A stretch of 64,000 nt of DNA, from NCBI GenBank assembly GCA_051453625.1, contig JBOZIK010000001.1, positions 34,086,663-34,150,662 of the forward strand, in the 5' to 3' direction. Shown here in pieces: positions 40,780 through 53,270 of the stretch; position 1 is the stretch's first letter, and each line of letters opens with the position of its first letter. The notes beneath the pieces were generated by a model. The model was given only the letters and a program-made list of their open reading frames with translations. It had not been told where the DNA came from and did not search any database. The position numbers were made by a program, and so were the translations under genes. Origin of the DNA: Welwitschia mirabilis (lineage: Eukaryota).

Positions 40780-42350
40780 ACAGATAGAGCCTAAGTCTAA
40801 GCCATTAGCCTAAGCATTGAACCCACTTGTACCCCCCTCTAATTGAGTTAATAGATCCTATGCATCCATCACTTCAATAGGCACAATCTCTCTCTATTCT
40901 GACTACATCCATTCATGTAGAAAGATACTTTAGTGACNNNNNNNNNNNNNNNNNNNNNNNNNNNNNNNNNNNNNNNNNNNNNNNNNNNNNNNNNNNNNNN
41001 NNNNNNNNNNNNNNNNNNNNNNNNNNNNNNNNNNNNNTCTTAACTTACATGATGCACATTATGATGTTTCATAAGTTATACACTAGATGCATTAGACAAA
41101 CAGAGCCTAAGTCTAAGCCATTAGCCTAAGCATTTGGCCCACTTATACCCCCCTTTGATTGAGTGAACAGATCCTATGCATCCATCACTTCAATAGGCAC
41201 AATCTCTCTCTATTCTAACTACATCCATCCATGTAGAAAGATACTTTAGTGACTTTATAAGTAGTGATCGAGCCAAAGGTTGATTAGTGACTAATAGATC
41301 TATAGCTTAGGTGGATAGTGGATGCATATGGAGTCTATTATGCCTTGAATATAAGAGAGTTTTATGATATTATGCACATAGAGTAAAGACTTGATGCTCA
41401 AGGTCGATGAGTCAATGTGATTATTATTACCATTCACAACCATGAGGTATCTATTCTTCTAGGTTATATAGCCATTGTTATGGAGTTAGGAGGCTTGGGT
41501 AGTACTCACATACACTATGCTAGAGGTACAAAGAAGCATTGATCTTATGGCACTATGTTAGATATACTAGTAGATGTTATGTAAAATAGGCAAGGAGTTT
41601 TTGTTATACATTTATCACCTGCATGTAGGATCTTGTACATAGGGTTGATTCATAACATCAGCCCATATTTTCATGATAGTCATGCTATGATGGCACACTT
41701 GTAGATCCAAATAGATTTACCAACATTCATAGGATGAAGACTTAAAATGATGATTGAGGCTAAGACACATACAGACTTTGAGATATCTATGCCTTTTCTC
41801 TACTATTTTTTGTCATTGCGGCATATCAGAGCTTATAGGTGAGCAGCAGCTTACACATCTTCAAACATTATTTTGATACCTATAAGACATGAGCATTTAG
41901 ATTCTAGAAGATGCTAAAAGAGTATAGGTTCTAAGACCTATAGTAGGCATTACTATAGATCAGATACAAACTCTCTTGATAGACACAGTTTAGGAGATCA
42001 AAGACATCATGGATCAAAGCTTCACAGCTCTCTAACAAAGGATGTATCCTATGGACTAGAGGGTATTCACTATGGAGTAAATGATGATCACTATGGCCTA
42101 AAGAATGACTACTATAGAGTAGACAATGTCTAGTACTAGGAGATGAATACACCATATTAAGGAGCACTTGACAAAGATACATGATCGAGTATTATGCATC
42201 GAGCATTAAGTTATGGTGGATATCCCAAAAATAATCTGACCACAAGGAGAAGAGACTACATAATTTGTCACATTAGTCCTCAACACTTATCTCTACTGAT
42301 CTTGAGCACCCTCCTCCTTCTCCACCTACACCTAGGATTACTAAACTAGA
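40780..42350 (+). pseudogene. Accessory 3' ORF remnant of element D (Athila 'env-like'/extra ORF position)
   Basis: Less AT-biased, coding-like segment between pol and the 3' LTR. Fragments include CRILYIGLIHNISP.FH.S, IDLPTF, and a Pro-rich end (PPPSPPTP). Confidence 0.55.
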
Positions 42351-42899
42351 ATNNNNNNNNNNNNNNNNNNNNNNNNNNNNNNNNNNNNNNNNNNNNNNNN
42401 NNNNNNNNNNNNNNNNNNNNNNNNNNNNNNNNNNNNNNNNNNNNNNNNNNNNNNNNNNNNNNNNNNNNNNNNNNNNNNNNNNNNNNNNNNNNNNNNNNNN
42501 NNNNNNNNNNNNNNNNNNNNNNNNNNNNNNNNNNNNNNNNNNNNNNNNNNNNNNNNNNNNNNNNNNNNNNNNNNNNNNNNNNNNNNNNNNNNNNNNNNNN
42601 NNNNNNNNNNNNNNNNNNNNNNNNNNNNNNNNNNNNNNNNNNNNNNNNNNNNNNNNNNNNNNNNNNNNNNNNNNNNNNNNNNNNNNNNNNNNNNNNNNNN
42701 NNNNNNNNNNNNNNNNNNNNNNNNNNNNNNNNNNNNNNNNNNNNNNNNNNNNNNNNNNNNNNNNNNNNNNNNNNNNNNNNNNNNNNNNNNNNNNNNNNNN
42801 NNNNNNNNNNNNNNNNNNNNNNNNNNNNNNNNNNNNNNNNNNNNNNNNNNNNNNNNNNNNNNNNNNNNNNNNNNNNNNNNNNNNNNNNNNNNNNNNNNN

Positions 42900-44153
42900 N
42901 NNNNATGACACCACATTGTATGTATTTGATGGAGTATATTAAATAGTTTTGTAGAACATTAGATAGGTTTAAGTAGAATTTTAACAATAAATAAGAGCTA
43001 ATATAATAATTATGAAAAGATACAATCTTCATTATATTTGATAGGATTTCAAGAAAAATATAATACTTTCCATCTAAAAAAGAGTTCAATGATTAAAAAG
43101 GCCAAGTTGTACAAGAAATAACTTAAATAGACCATAGTCCACTTCATCATCTAGATGACCATAGCTAATGATTAAAGTAGCAAGCTAACCAGGATGTTAA
43201 CTAGACTAGACTGGGAGCTGATGTGCATTTCTTTTAACATGGCNNNNNNNNNNNNNNNNNNNNNNNNNNNNNNNNNNNNNNNNNNNNNNNNNNNNNNNNN
43301 NNNNNNNNNNNNNNNNNNNNNNNNNNNNNNNNNNNNNNNNNNNNNNNNNNNNNNNNNNNNNNNNNNNNNNNNNNNNNNNNNNNNNNNNNNNNNNNNNNNN
43401 NNNNNNNNNNNNNNNNNNNNNNNNNNNNNNNNNNNNNNNNNNNNNNNNNNNNNNNNNNNNNNNNNNNNNNNNNNNNNNNNNNNNNNNNNNNNNNNNNNNN
43501 NNNNNNNNNNNNNNNNNNNNNNNNNNNNNNNNNNNNNNNNNNNNNNNNNNNNNNNNNNNNNNNNNNNNNNNNNNNNNNNNNNNNNNNNNNNNNNNNNNNN
43601 NNNNNNNNNNNNNNNNNNNNNNNNNNNNNNNNNNNNNNNNNNNNNNNNNNNNNNNNNNNNNNNNNNNNNNNNNNNNNNNNNNNNNNNNNNNNNNNNNNNN
43701 NNNNNNNNNNNNNNNNNNNNNNNNNNNNNNNNNNNNNNNNNNNNNNNNNNNNNNNNNNNNNNNNNNNNNNNNNNNNNNNNNNNNNNNNNNNNNNNNNNNN
43801 NNNNNNNNNNNNNNNNNNNNNNNNNNNNNNNNNNNNNNNNNNNNNNNNNNNNNNNNNNNNNNNNNNNNNNNNNNNNNNNNNNNNNNNNNNNNNNNNNNNN
43901 NNNNNNNNNNNNNNNNNNNNNNNNNNNNNNNNNNNNNNNNNNNNNNNNNNNNNNNNNNNNNNNNNNNNNNNNNNNNNNNNNNNNNNNNNNNNNNNNNNNN
44001 NNNNNNNNNNNNNNNNNNNNNNNNNNNNNNNNNNNNNNNNNNNNNNNNNNNNNNNNNNNNNNNNNNNNNNNNNNNNNNNNNNNNNNNNNNNNNNNNNNNN
44101 NNNNNNNNNNNNNNNTTATTAATGTAACAATTACACAAATAATCACTACAATA
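42900..44153 (+). repeat. 3' LTR of element D (mostly N gap)
   Basis: The visible parts 42905-43243 and 44116-44153 match both ends of the 5' LTR. The terminal CA has decayed to TA. Confidence 0.8.
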
Positions 44154-44778
44154 ATAAACATTCTTCATTACATTTACTATGTTTTTATAACTTGGATTTC
44201 TATCAAAAATTTATAGAAATTTATTAATTCAGATTCATTCTTTATATTTTCATTTTAAAATTATCACATTTACTCCTCATTTTCTATCCTATTTTGGTCA
44301 TTTCTAGGCTTTTACAACCATATCATTTATATTTAAAATTTTAAAAGACATTATAAGTAAAATATTATCTTTGATTTTTAGTCTTTTATTTGCATTATTT
44401 TGCTCTCTATCTCTTCAAATTTGGTCATGCATTGCACATTTTTCTTTCCAGTAATTTTCCTTTCTATCTTATTCTACACCACATTAGCACATGCATCATT
44501 TGTTCTTCATTATGTTTACATTTAACTTTTCATCTTTTAAACTCTGAGGACAAAGTTTAGCTTTGGTTGGAAGCAGTGACATTTGCACTTACAGTACTTA
44601 CTTTTCATGCTTTATCTTTTACTAGCGTAATTTTAAAGGATATTGGCCAAATTTTTTCCCCAAGAATCATTCATTCTTTCATATTTTGTTTAATTGTTTT
44701 ATAATTTTTATCATGTTATTTAATTTTTCTGACACATCTTTTTTCCTAAGGGAATAGAAAAAGATTAATTAAGGTGTA

Positions 44779-46074
44779 TGATAACACTTAAAAACTGACA
44801 TTTATATCAAGGAATTAAGGCCTTATTAGTAAGTCTAATTAATCATGATGGTAGTTTTATGCATTTTCTTTACTTAAGATCATGAAAATTCTATCTTACT
44901 GCTAATGTACTTAAACACTATTATTTTCAAGATAAATATAATACCAGGAGCATCATGATAGGACATGGTGTTGTGCTAAGCAAAATTGGTGATGATGCTA
45001 ATCCTAGGCATGGTAGTGTTAGTTTATTAAAGTAAAACATTACCATTCTTACATTTCTAAGTTTTCTTGACATAAGTAATTCATTCCTATCATTTCCAAA
45101 AATAGAATATGAACGAGAAATATTTTCTAAGAAGAATCCCTTAATTTGGCCCTGTAACTAAAGAATTATTTTATGTAATTTGGGCATTCTTTAGAATGAT
45201 CACATTAGGCTTAGAAACCCTAATTGGAAACCCTAATTTAGGCATATAAATATCCGTTTTCACTTCGGGGAGTAACTTTCATTATGATATTTTAAGGAGA
45301 TTGAAGATTTATCATGAGTTCTTTCTAAGACTTCCATAGGAATGCACCAACTACCAAGCTAGCATGATGCTTTTTGATTTAGCATGAGTACATTTTTAGA
45401 TTATATGCTTTATTTATTCTGATAATAAAATACTAATTGTTCTTCATGAATTACTTTTATATCAAGTTGTGCATAGAATACTCATTAAATTTAGGATTGA
45501 CTGAGTCATGCTTGTACTTTAAGATCTAATTTGGTAATATTCCCTTACATTCTAGCTTGCATAACTTGAATGCTTTTTCATGAATCTTGTAAGACCTTTA
45601 CTTTTTATGCTTATTTTATTCTTACTGTGAAGGCTAGGTGGTTTGGTTATATTACCATTATGTCTATGATGGATGAGATTATGCCATTATTCTTGATCTT
45701 AGACTAATGAAATACTCATGGTCATAGTGGATTATATCATTGTAAATGAATTGGAAGTAAAGCTACATGTTTTCATTTTAAGTAGTTATGCTTTTTCATA
45801 AAGTTATTATGTTAGTTTGAATGTTATGTTTCATTCTTAGGTCTCTAATATCATTTCACTCTCTAATACTTTTTACTTTTGTGCTTGTTTCACTGATAAC
45901 TTTCATCATCTATCTCTAAGGAAAAAAGACACTAGGACTAAACTACAAATGAAAGTCCTAGTATTTTTAATAAAAGTTGGGTTTGACCACATAAAACTTG
46001 TATTCCTAGGATGATGTTATGAATTACCATATATTAATGATAGATATAAGCATAACCAAATTTTACCACAAATA
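44779..46074 (+). repeat. 3' LTR of element C
   Basis: Starts tgataacact after a decayed PPT motif and ends ttttaccacaaata (cf. tttcaccatgaaca). Not followed by a PBS. Confidence 0.85.
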
Positions 46075-49000
46075 CTACTATATAGGTAACTAGGGCTACT
46101 AACATTCTATGTAAGAAAACCTTCATCTTGTAGAATAAGCTTCAAAATGCAGTTAAAAGCCTAGAAAATTCATGGGAAAATATGGAAGTTAAATTATAGC
46201 ACTAGAAAAGATAAAAGACATGTTTTTATGATTAAAACAATTAATACAATGTCTTTACTATGATAGATTACCCTAATGCACTTAAGATAAATGTTACTTT
46301 TTATATACTAATAGTAGTTAATGTTGACTTTAATTAATAAGTTAATGTTGATCATTACAAAATTCAATGCCTCACTCTTAACAAAAATGTTTCAAGGAAA
46401 TTTTGGCCAATAGTAGGAAAATTTTGATTAATAAGGAGGCATTGACTTTTAATGAATATTAGAGCATTAACTTTACAGTTAAAATCAATGTTGACTATGG
46501 ATAAAGTTAACATTTATTATGGTTAAAGTCAATGTCAATGTAAAGGGTAAATGCAATTAGGTTAATGCTTGTACCTTTACCTAATAAGCAATAGAAATTG
46601 ACATATCTTAGCTAAATATTAGATGTATTTGAAATATACATTTAACATAGTTTAATAATACTCATAGATCCATTTAATAACTTGGCTTTAGGTCATATGT
46701 TCATTATCAATGTCACTCTGGGATCCTAACCAAATAAAAAAAAAAAAAAAAACTCTATTTTGAATTCACTGTTAGCATGACCATATGTAATTAGATCTCA
46801 TGCTTTATTTTTTACACATCATGTAATGGACATTTGTATTTTAAACCATTACTTTCTATTATGAGATAAAGTCATATCATTCATGGCAAATAGATGAAAT
46901 GTATCTTAATAACCATTCATTGCATTGGATGTTGAAGGAAGTTTAGACCTTATTATTATAGATTCATAATCTTCATATAAAGATTTTTCATCTTTTACAT
47001 GTATTAATACATTTCAAAACCCTTATTGATTTGGATCATCACCCATTTTCTATACATCACATCTAATATAATAACTATGTGAAATGATCTTCATAGTGTC
47101 TTTATTTCTTTAGTGTCATTATGAGATGAACAATTCTTTATTGGAGACAGCTAAACAAGATCAGCTATTAATTTATCAAATAAAAATATTTTTATAAAAT
47201 TAAAAAAATACTAAATAGAGATAAATTTACTCTGTAAAAAAATACTCAAGAAAACTACAAAGGCTATAAATAAGAGGTGAATAAAAGGATTCTGATACCC
47301 TTCATGTAAGCAATTGTGAAGGCATGTGAGAGGATTGAGAATAATCTATTCATGAATTTGTACTTTTCATGTCCCTCAGCTCAGACTTAAGTGACACAGA
47401 GGTCCTAGGGTGCTTATTATTATTTTCTTTAGAATAAGTATGTCAGAAGACTCTAGGTCTTAATGGATGATGACTAAACATGAATCACTATGCTTTGTAT
47501 TACATAGGAATTTATATGAATGTTGATGACTTTGTTTATGTAAGAAGTTGCATTTTTTGGAATAAACTATAAAATTTTATTTCACTTAAAATTTTTTCTT
47601 ATTTTATTATGCTTCATGTGTGCTTGTGGTTTCTATGTAATTATCATTTCAAAATGCTAATCATTGGGTTGTGGTAAACTCAGAGAAGCGCCTTTTATTG
47701 ATAGCGGTTTTTTTAAGTCCATCATAGGAGATAGTATTGTATCCACTAAAAGGAACTATAAAATATGGGGAGAGATGTATGATGGAGAAATAAGAGTTTT
47801 CATAATGGAGACATATAGGCAAAAGGTGGATTTTGACATTAAGATATCCCTTTAAAGAAAAGCAAAGTAGACTGAAAATCTGGCTTCTACATGATCAAAG
47901 AGAGGGCATAGTTAATCTTAGTAAAATTTAAAATATTCTATATTAGAGATATTTGTTTTATTTTTATTTACTTTTAAATTTTATTTTTTATTTTAAATGA
48001 TAAGGTATAAGGTATAGGTTTTCTTTATAATAAGTTATTGTTCTGGATTTAAGTTGACATCCCATTATAATAGCCAAGAAAGTTCTATATTTGAAAGACG
48101 TCTTCAATTTCAATTTTATACATATAAAATGTTATTTTAGTATTCAAAAATTAAAAAGTATAACAATGTTATAATGAGTAGCTTATAAATAGTGCTATCA
48201 TACTTTTATTAATAAAATTATGTAATACTTCTTATAATTATTATTTTTTACCATATGATACTTTTTATAATTACTAGTTTTTTTTTTCTAAGAGGTCAAT
48301 TCCCAAGGATAAAATTCACTTTTCTATTTTTTTTTCATGTCATCCTTTCATCTTCTTAATTTCATTTTTGTATGCTCTTTAAATACAATAACATAATTAG
48401 ATTTTAATAAACTAAAAAAAACAAAATGTAAAAAAATTAAAAATATAAATATAAAAGAAATAAGAAAAACAAACTTAAACTCATAGTATAAAATTTAATA
48501 AAATTTTACAGAACTATCAAATTTTTTTCTTAGAAATGTAAGAAGCATATTTTATCTTTGTTTAGGCCTATTTATAATAAGAAATTACAGTTTTAGTTAC
48601 AAAGTTTTACATCTAAGAAATTTCACCATAATTCATAATATTTCACATCAATTGCAGCTTATATATTAGCCTTATCATTTCTAAATGATAATACTTATAT
48701 TCTTTAATATTTATTTCATTGTTATGCATGTTAATATAAACTAAAATAGATTGCTTCGTTTAATAAGATTATTATACTATATTATTTTTAGTATTTTACA
48801 TTTTATTAATAAATAAAACATATTACTTTTATTAATAAAATTCTCTTATTTAGACTTGGTTTTATTAGTATAATACAATGTTATTAATAATTAATCTACA
48901 TCACAATACTAATAAGTTTATTAATGTTTCATATCATAAGCGAGAAATTTTTTGTATAAGAAAGATAGAAATAATATGCATAATCAAACTATGAAATTAA

Positions 49001-50237
49001 TGCCTTTACATTTGATAATTAGGTTTCTTAATCTTTTTTATTTTGGTTTTTTCCTTATTTGTCGTTTTTATTGGTGTTTACTAACCTTGCATTAACTTTT
49101 ATTTTTTCTTTTTCTTTCGGCTTTTATTAACTTGTTATAGCTTTAAAAAAAAAGGAGATATAGTTTGGAAATAGGTTATTAAATATTCCAAAAAAAAGAC
49201 AAATGTGAATTTCATAAGTTCTTCAACTACTACTTCACATTAACTATTACCACTAGGGTAAACGACCATGTTGCAAAGAATCTTAAAAAATGAGGTGCAA
49301 CCTTGCAAGGAAAATCCTTCTATTGATCTAGCTTATAGATTGGAAAAAGATATTATAATCTTTTTCTTTTAAAATTTTTTAATTCTTACATGTTTATTAT
49401 TCAAAACTTATAATTTCTTGTAAATTAGGTATTAAAAAAATCACAATGCTACATATTTCTTATAATAAAATTTATAATCTCTAATTTAATAACATAATAT
49501 TATTTTGTAATTTTTTGTATATGTTTTATCGTATATATAATCATCTAACATCACTTTGGTTCTCAGGAAACTTCATTTCTCTTTTTTTTTTTAACCTTTT
49601 ATGAACTTTCAAATTTTGTACTACATTGATCCAACATTTTTGTTAATTTTTATGCATAATAAATTATTTGAGGGGGTGGCAAATCTTACTCTAAATCATA
49701 AATTGAATACTTTGCATGAAATAAAAAATAAATTTTTAACAACTCTAGCATTATCATCAATTACCATTACTAGATAATCTCCATGAAATACAAAGAAGTA
49801 CTCTATCAAAGCACTAATTTAGCTAAATCATTAATGAATTTATGAAATTAAGAATCATTAACTCTATATATTTTATTTTCTATTTTAGGTATTACATAGT
49901 CAACATGATAATGTGACATAGAGTGAGCAACTCCATAATAATTTTCTTCATATCCCCAATTAGATTGATGTTGAAACATTACACTTGTGGAAAATATTAA
50001 GTAGTAGTTTAGTACTCATTTTACCCTTCATGCTTAAGACTTTAAAAATTGGCTCTAACTCATATAAAGAAATTAATAAAAAATTTAATATTATGAGTGT
50101 GTATCACTAGCTCTACTTAAAGATTATTATAGTGCTATCTTTATATAAAACCTATTACTATGACTATGTGTACTTACAGTATCTTAGGCTATTTAATCTC
50201 TAACTCCTAATTTTTGAAGAAGTTGAAAAGAGAATTT

Positions 50238-50690
50238 TGATGCTTCAACCTATTAATTCACTATATAGTAACTCCATTATCTTAAGTCCTTTATGAAGCC
50301 CAAGGATTTTTCTTTCTTAATATTCAACTTCTTCATCCACTATAGAATGACCTATTATCTTAACTTATTTGTTATGCATAAGGATTTTTATTTCTAAATA
50401 CTTTAACTTCCCTTTCCACTATACAAGAGATTCATTTTATTAAGTCATTTATGATGCCCATAGCTTATCATTTCTTGATGATTCAACTTTTTGTTTTGCT
50501 ACACAATCACCTCATTCTTTTAAGTCATTTAAAATTCTAAATGCTTTTCGTTTCTTGATGCTTTAACTTTTCTCTCTACTATACAATGATCTTACTCTTA
50601 ATTCATTTATGATGTCTAAGGCTTTTCATTTCTCAATGTCTTAGCTTTTCCTTTCCATGACAAAATGGCTCTATTATCTCAATACATGAT
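50238..50690. repeat. Degenerate tandem array, ~79-80 bp unit, ~5.5 copies
   Basis: The motif tt(c/t)aact...ccactata.aa...ttaagtcatttatgatg..caagg.tttt..tttct recurs at ~50244, 50323, 50402, 50482, 50562 and 50640. Confidence 0.85.
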
Positions 50691-51117
50691 TTATAGACAA
50701 CTTAAAAAAAATATTACATTTTTTAAAACATTCATTACTCACTAGAATCACACCTATCCACCGTCTAACATATGTATCTCATACATATCTAATGGTTGGT
50801 TTAGTATGTTTTTTTCTATTGTGATATTGAATTAAAATATGTGTATTTCATGTTTTTTCTAATAGAAACATTATCTCAATAACATATAATTTTATTCATT
50901 TCTATAATATATTAAATTTTATTCATTTCTATGAGATAAAATATCTTCTTTAAAAACTTACTTTTAAAATACTCTTATGATATTTCATTATGTTCATCAA
51001 AATAAAATAAATACTTTGTTCATGTCTTATAATCCATAACTTTTACATCATTTATTATTAATAATGTTTATTAATTTTTTCTTATTTGCAATCAAAGGCA
51101 TGTAACCACTAACTTAA

Positions 51118-51573
51118 ATGTATATTTTATATGCATCTAATATTTAACTGAGAGATATCAATTTCTTTCATCTATTAGATAAGGGTATAAGTATTAACCT
51201 AATTGCATTTTGCCTTTACATTAGCATTGACTTTAACATAGTAAAAGTTAACTTTTTCCATAGTCAATATTAACTTTAATTATAAAGTTAATGTTGAACA
51301 TTCACCAAAATTTAATATCTTACTCTTAGCCAAAATTTCATTTTTCTTAGTTAAATTTTTTTAGGAGTGAGGTATTGAATTTTGATGAAAGATCAAAATT
51401 AACTTTATAATTAAATTTAATGTTAAAAATGGATAAAGTCAACTTTCTCTATGGTTAAATTCAAAGCCAATGTGAAGAAAAAATACAATTAGGTTAATTC
51501 TTGTATCCTTATCTAAAAGCTGGCAAAAATTGACATCTCTTAGCTAAATATTAGATGTATATAAAATATACAC
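51118..51573. repeat. Long imperfect inverted repeat (foldback, ~220 bp arms, centre ~51345)
   Basis: tgtatattttatatgcatctaatatttaactgagagatatcaattt (51119-51164) is the reverse complement of aaattgacatctcttagctaaatattagatgtatataaaatataca (51527-51572), and pairing continues inward. A truncated copy is at 46314-46640. Confidence 0.88.
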
Positions 51574-52310
51574 TGAATATAGTTTAATAACATCCATAGA
51601 CGCATTTACTAACCTAGCTTCAGGTTATACGCTCATTGTTAACATGATTCTAGCTTCTTAACAATGAAGAAGATTTATTTTGAATTCACTGTCAACATTA
51701 TTATATGTAATTGAATCTTATGTCTTGTTTGTTATACATCATGCAATGGGAATTTACATTTGAAGAAAGAACTTTTCATTATGAGAGAAATCATATCATT
51801 CATTGTGAATAGATGAATTGCATTTTGGAAACTATCTATTTCATTAGAAATGAAAGAAATTTAGACCTTGTCATTAGAAATTCATAATAATCATCCTAAG
51901 ATTTGTCATCTCTTATATCTAATAATCCATTTATAAACCTTTATTGATTTGGATCATCACCCATTTTTCTATAAACTACATCTAATACAACAATTGTATG
52001 AAATGATATCCATACTATCTTCATTTCCTTACTACCATTGTAAGGTCAACAATCCTTCATAGAAGGTAGCTAAGCAANNNNNNNNNNNNNNNNNNNNNNN
52101 NNNNNNNNNNNNNNNNNNNNNNNNNNNNNNNNNNNNNNNNNNNNNNNNNNNNNNNNNNNNNNNNNNNNNNNNNNNNNNNNNNNNNNNNNNNNNNNNNNNN
52201 NNNNNNNNNNNNNNNNNNNNNNNNNNNNNNNNNNNNNNNNNNNNNNNNNNNNNNNNNNNNNNNNNNNNNNNNNNNNNNNNNNNNNNNNNNNNNNNNNNNN
52301 NNNNNNNNNN

Positions 52311-52351
52311 TTCTTAATGTTTTATTTAGTAAATCTGATGAGAACAAGCAT
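52311..52351 (-). pseudogene. psbI: Possible 5' end of plastid psbI
   Basis: atgcttgttctc.. (ML.L..F) at the expected position and strand downstream of psbK. Weak similarity; the rest is in a gap. Confidence 0.35.
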
Positions 52352-52554
52352 CATAATAATACTTGTATTGTTTGGATACATATTCTTGAATTCATTCCTT
52401 AGAGAATGAAAAAAAAAAAAAAAAATTCCTATCCTATAATGACTGCAATACCAAAAAAGTGTACGAATTCAAATTGTTTTTTAAGATGAAAATAAGATTT
52501 GATTTTTTGAAATAAAATTTAAGATAATAGATGTGAAGGTTTTTTTGCATTTAT

Positions 52555-52770
52555 CTAGTAAAAACTTACAGTGTCCTGCCAAACAAAAGCTAATAGAAAA
52601 AAGAACACTAGGATAACTGGCATTACATCAACAATTGGATNNNNNNNNNNNNNNNNNNNNNNNNNNNNNNNNNNNNNNNNNNNNNNNNNNNNNNNNNNNN
52701 NNNNNNNNNNNNNNNNNNNNNNNNNNNNNNNNNNNNNTAAAACAATCAGTTTTACATTAGATTCGTAAAA
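52555..52770 (-). pseudogene. psbK: Plastid photosystem II protein K pseudogene (NUPT)
   Basis: [27 protein letters not shown] vs the canonical PsbK end [27 protein letters not shown]. The middle is an N gap. Confidence 0.9.
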
Positions 52771-53270
52771 GTTTTTCCACAAATCCGTTTAGATTTTGAT
52801 TGACAGTTTTTTCAAACATTATTTTACCATGTATAATAGAGATTGATCATTATGTAGATCATTTGCTTCAGGTAGGTTTGGAAGCTATCTTTATTTGAGT
52901 TGTATAGAATCTAGCCTATTTTTGTGGATTGACAAAAAGATAATGAAATAATAATTAATATTAATTATTATTACTGCTCATCTTATTTGACTTTTATTTA
53001 ATTTTTAGGTAACTCGGGTTGATAATGAACATTCTACAACTCACAATTATACATAGATATGTATAGTTGGCAGTAACATGACTTGATACTTACATTGTTC
53101 AAACATTTGTAAGAAATTGATTTTCTTATTAACTTAGAAAAATGGANNNNNNNNNNNNNNNNNNNNNNNNNNNNNNNNNNNNNNNNNNNNNNNNNNNNNN
53201 NNNNNNNNNNNNNNNNNNNNNNNNNNNNNNNNNNNNNNNNNNNNNNGATTTTCTTATTCACTTAGAAAAA

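Larger units (their letters stand above)
30914..44153 (+). mobile_element. Element D: full-length but dead Athila-like Ty3/gypsy element nested in C
   Basis: 5' LTR 30914-32169 (tgttg...caaca), PBS 32173-32190, gag-pol ~32850-37910, extra ORF remnant ~40780-42350, 3' LTR ~42900-44153. TSD ataga (30909-30913)/ataaa (44154-44158). Confidence 0.9.
22891..46074 (+). mobile_element. Element C: Athila-like LTR element with gag and protease only (no RT, RNase H or integrase seen); contains element D
   Basis: Paired LTRs 22891-25071 and 44779-46074, PBS 25078-25095, PPT-like motif ~44745-44778, and TSD cttct (22886-22890)/ctact (46075-46079). Gag remnant ~26050-28050 includes ..FKEVKINIPLLESIKQVPSYAKFLKDL..; protease remnant ~28090-28400. 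Confidence 0.85.
18221..46313 (-). mobile_element. Element E: probable non-autonomous Athila-like LTR element, with its 5' LTR (~21508-22890 + 46075-46313) split by element C
   Basis: PBS-like tccctagcattggcata at 21486-21502 and PPT-like motif at 18221-18250. The reverse complement of 46313 back to 46200 (tattagtatataaaaagtaacatttatc...) resembles the start of C's LTR with TG>TA decay. An accessory-ORF remnant lies at ~19750-20700. The boundaries are inferred. Confidence 0.55.
46314..52077 (+). mobile_element. Element F: two direct ~0.9+ kb repeats (46314-~47170 extending to ~47720; 51101-52077) around a non-coding interior; probable non-autonomous LTR element
   Basis: 46314-47165 is colinear with 51260-52077 (offset ~4.93 kb). 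The second copy starts tgtaacc after aaaggca (possible decayed PPT). TATA-like ctataaata at 47265. A tandem array precedes the right repeat. Confidence 0.6.

Noticed and set aside
1..44153. Active or intact retrotransposon, or endogenous pararetrovirus
   Set aside because: All pol frames are broken. LTRs, PBS and the PR-RT-RH-INT order indicate Ty3/gypsy; no movement or coat protein signature was seen.
50238..50690. Regularly spaced repeats as a CRISPR-like array
   Set aside because: Whole units are homologous, with no unique spacers and no cas genes, in a eukaryotic TE context.
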